A stretch of DNA of 47,477 nucleotides from Octopus bimaculoides. Lineage: Eukaryota. The stretch spans positions 34,007,182 through 34,054,658 of the forward strand of contig NC_069003.1 in assembly GCF_001194135.2 (NCBI RefSeq), given 5' to 3'. The notes under the pieces were generated by a model. That model did not search any database. It was not told the origin of the DNA and worked only from the letters and a program-made list of their open reading frames with translations. The translations under genes were made by a program, and so were the position numbers. Position 1 is the stretch's first letter; each line of letters opens with the position of its first letter. Below, in pieces: positions 46,139-47,477 of the stretch.

Positions 46139-46714
46139 CAGGAGTTCTCAACCATTAAAAAAAATCTATAGACCCCTTTGATTACTATTTTATTCTGGTG
46201 GATCCCCCCATAGCCATTCTATGTTTACAAACTAGTTTTATAGAAACTTCTTTCAGAATTCCTATTTTGTTTGTCACACATTAACTTGTGCAGGTTGAAC
46301 AATGCAAAATGTGAGAGAAAGAAACCCAGCTATTTCTTGCAATACATAACAATACATACATCTAAAGCAGGGGTTCTCAACCATTCTATTATCTATGGAC
46401 CCCTTTGATTGCTGTTTTATTCTGGTGAACCCCTATGACCATTCAATGTTTAAAAACCAATTTTATAGAAACCACTTTCAAAATTCCTATTTTGTTTTCC
46501 ACACATTAACCTTTGTAGGTTGAACAATGTAAAATGCCAGAGAAAGAAACAGCCCTTTCTTTCTTGCAATACATATCAATACATCTCAAGTAAAATTTAT
46601 CCAGGGGCCCTTAAAATACTATTGTGGATCCCCAATTTTCTCCTTTGTTGCATGGACCCCCAAAAATTGTATATAGCCCATCAGGGGCAATATGGACCCT
46701 GGTTGAGAACCACT
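46139..46714 (+). mobile_element. hAT-type MITE with internal duplication of about 230 bp
   Basis: Left end CAGGAGTTCTCAACC, repeated internally at 46368; right end GGTTGAGAACCACT; degenerate 8-bp TSD (ccttaaag/ctttaagg) once the piggyBac MITE is removed. Confidence 0.75.
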
Positions 46715-47477
46715 CTTTAAGGGATTGATAAAATAAATACCAGTCAAATACTGGGGTTGATGTAACTGACTAGCACCCCCACCCACAATCTTCAAGCATT
46801 GTGTTTATATGAGAAAGAATTATAACCCAATAGAATAACAGCTGACATCTGAATGCTCAGATTTCTCCAAAAGTATTCAAAATATGTCCGATGCTTTCTT
46901 CGGTAGGCTTTAAAGACAAGGCCGCTCCCCACCCCGCAACCTATATAGATTATATTCCTTTCTACTATTCACAAAGCCTGAAAGTTTAAGGGAAGGAGAC
47001 ATTCGGTTACATTGACCCCTGATGCTTCACTTGTGTTCATTTTATCGACCCTGCAGGAATGAAAGAGAGAGAGTCAACCACGGCGGCATTTGAAGTCAGA
47101 CGGTAATGTCTTGGAGCAAATGCCGCCTTAATCTCTATTGATTACATTATCAGAGAATATTTTCCTTGTCTGATATTACTGCACATTGTTGTTGTTGTTG
47201 TTTTTCAGATGTTACACATTCCAGAAGAAATCCTAGCATTGAAAACCTAAATCTAATAACTCCAAGTGAATGCAATGCCAGCTTATTGTTATTCATTTCT
47301 ACCCCTGTGTATTTTATACAATAACATCATTCTTCTTCTTCTTCTTATTATTATTATTATTATTATTCTTATCATTATTATTATTGTTATCATCATCATC
47401 ATCATCATTGTTATTATTATCAATATTAATGAGGCAGTGAGCTGGCAGAAACGTTAGCATGCCGAGCAAAATGCTCA

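Overview
Eukaryotic, AT-rich, gapped draft-assembly DNA (about 16 N-runs), dense in microsatellites, SINEs and MITEs. The repeat families look cephalopod, probably Octopus; this is inferred from recall, not from a search. Two conserved genes can be rebuilt exon by exon with canonical GT-AG junctions and matching phases. GTPBP1 (+) has 10 coding exons at 18890-28072, giving 687 aa. A convergent ABAT/GABA-transaminase gene (-) has 11 visible exon pieces at 35648-45722; its N-terminus lies beyond the window and its PLP-lysine region falls in an N-gap. Nearly all other ORF-track entries are translations of microsatellites or gaps. Less obvious signals: (1) a two-exon minus-strand frame at 8303-8609 in which splicing puts an in-frame TGA at the redox-motif position of a SelW/Rdx- or glutaredoxin-like sequence (candidate selenoprotein; no SECIS found by eye); (2) an unrecognised Cys-rich spliced gene on + that ends 379 nt before the GTPBP1 ATG; (3) a hammerhead-ribozyme-like motif inside a perfect 28-bp inverted repeat downstream of GTPBP1; (4) several inverted SINE pairs that could form dsRNA; (5) a nested SINE/hAT/piggyBac insertion. 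Comparisons with human proteins are from memory and need confirming by alignment.
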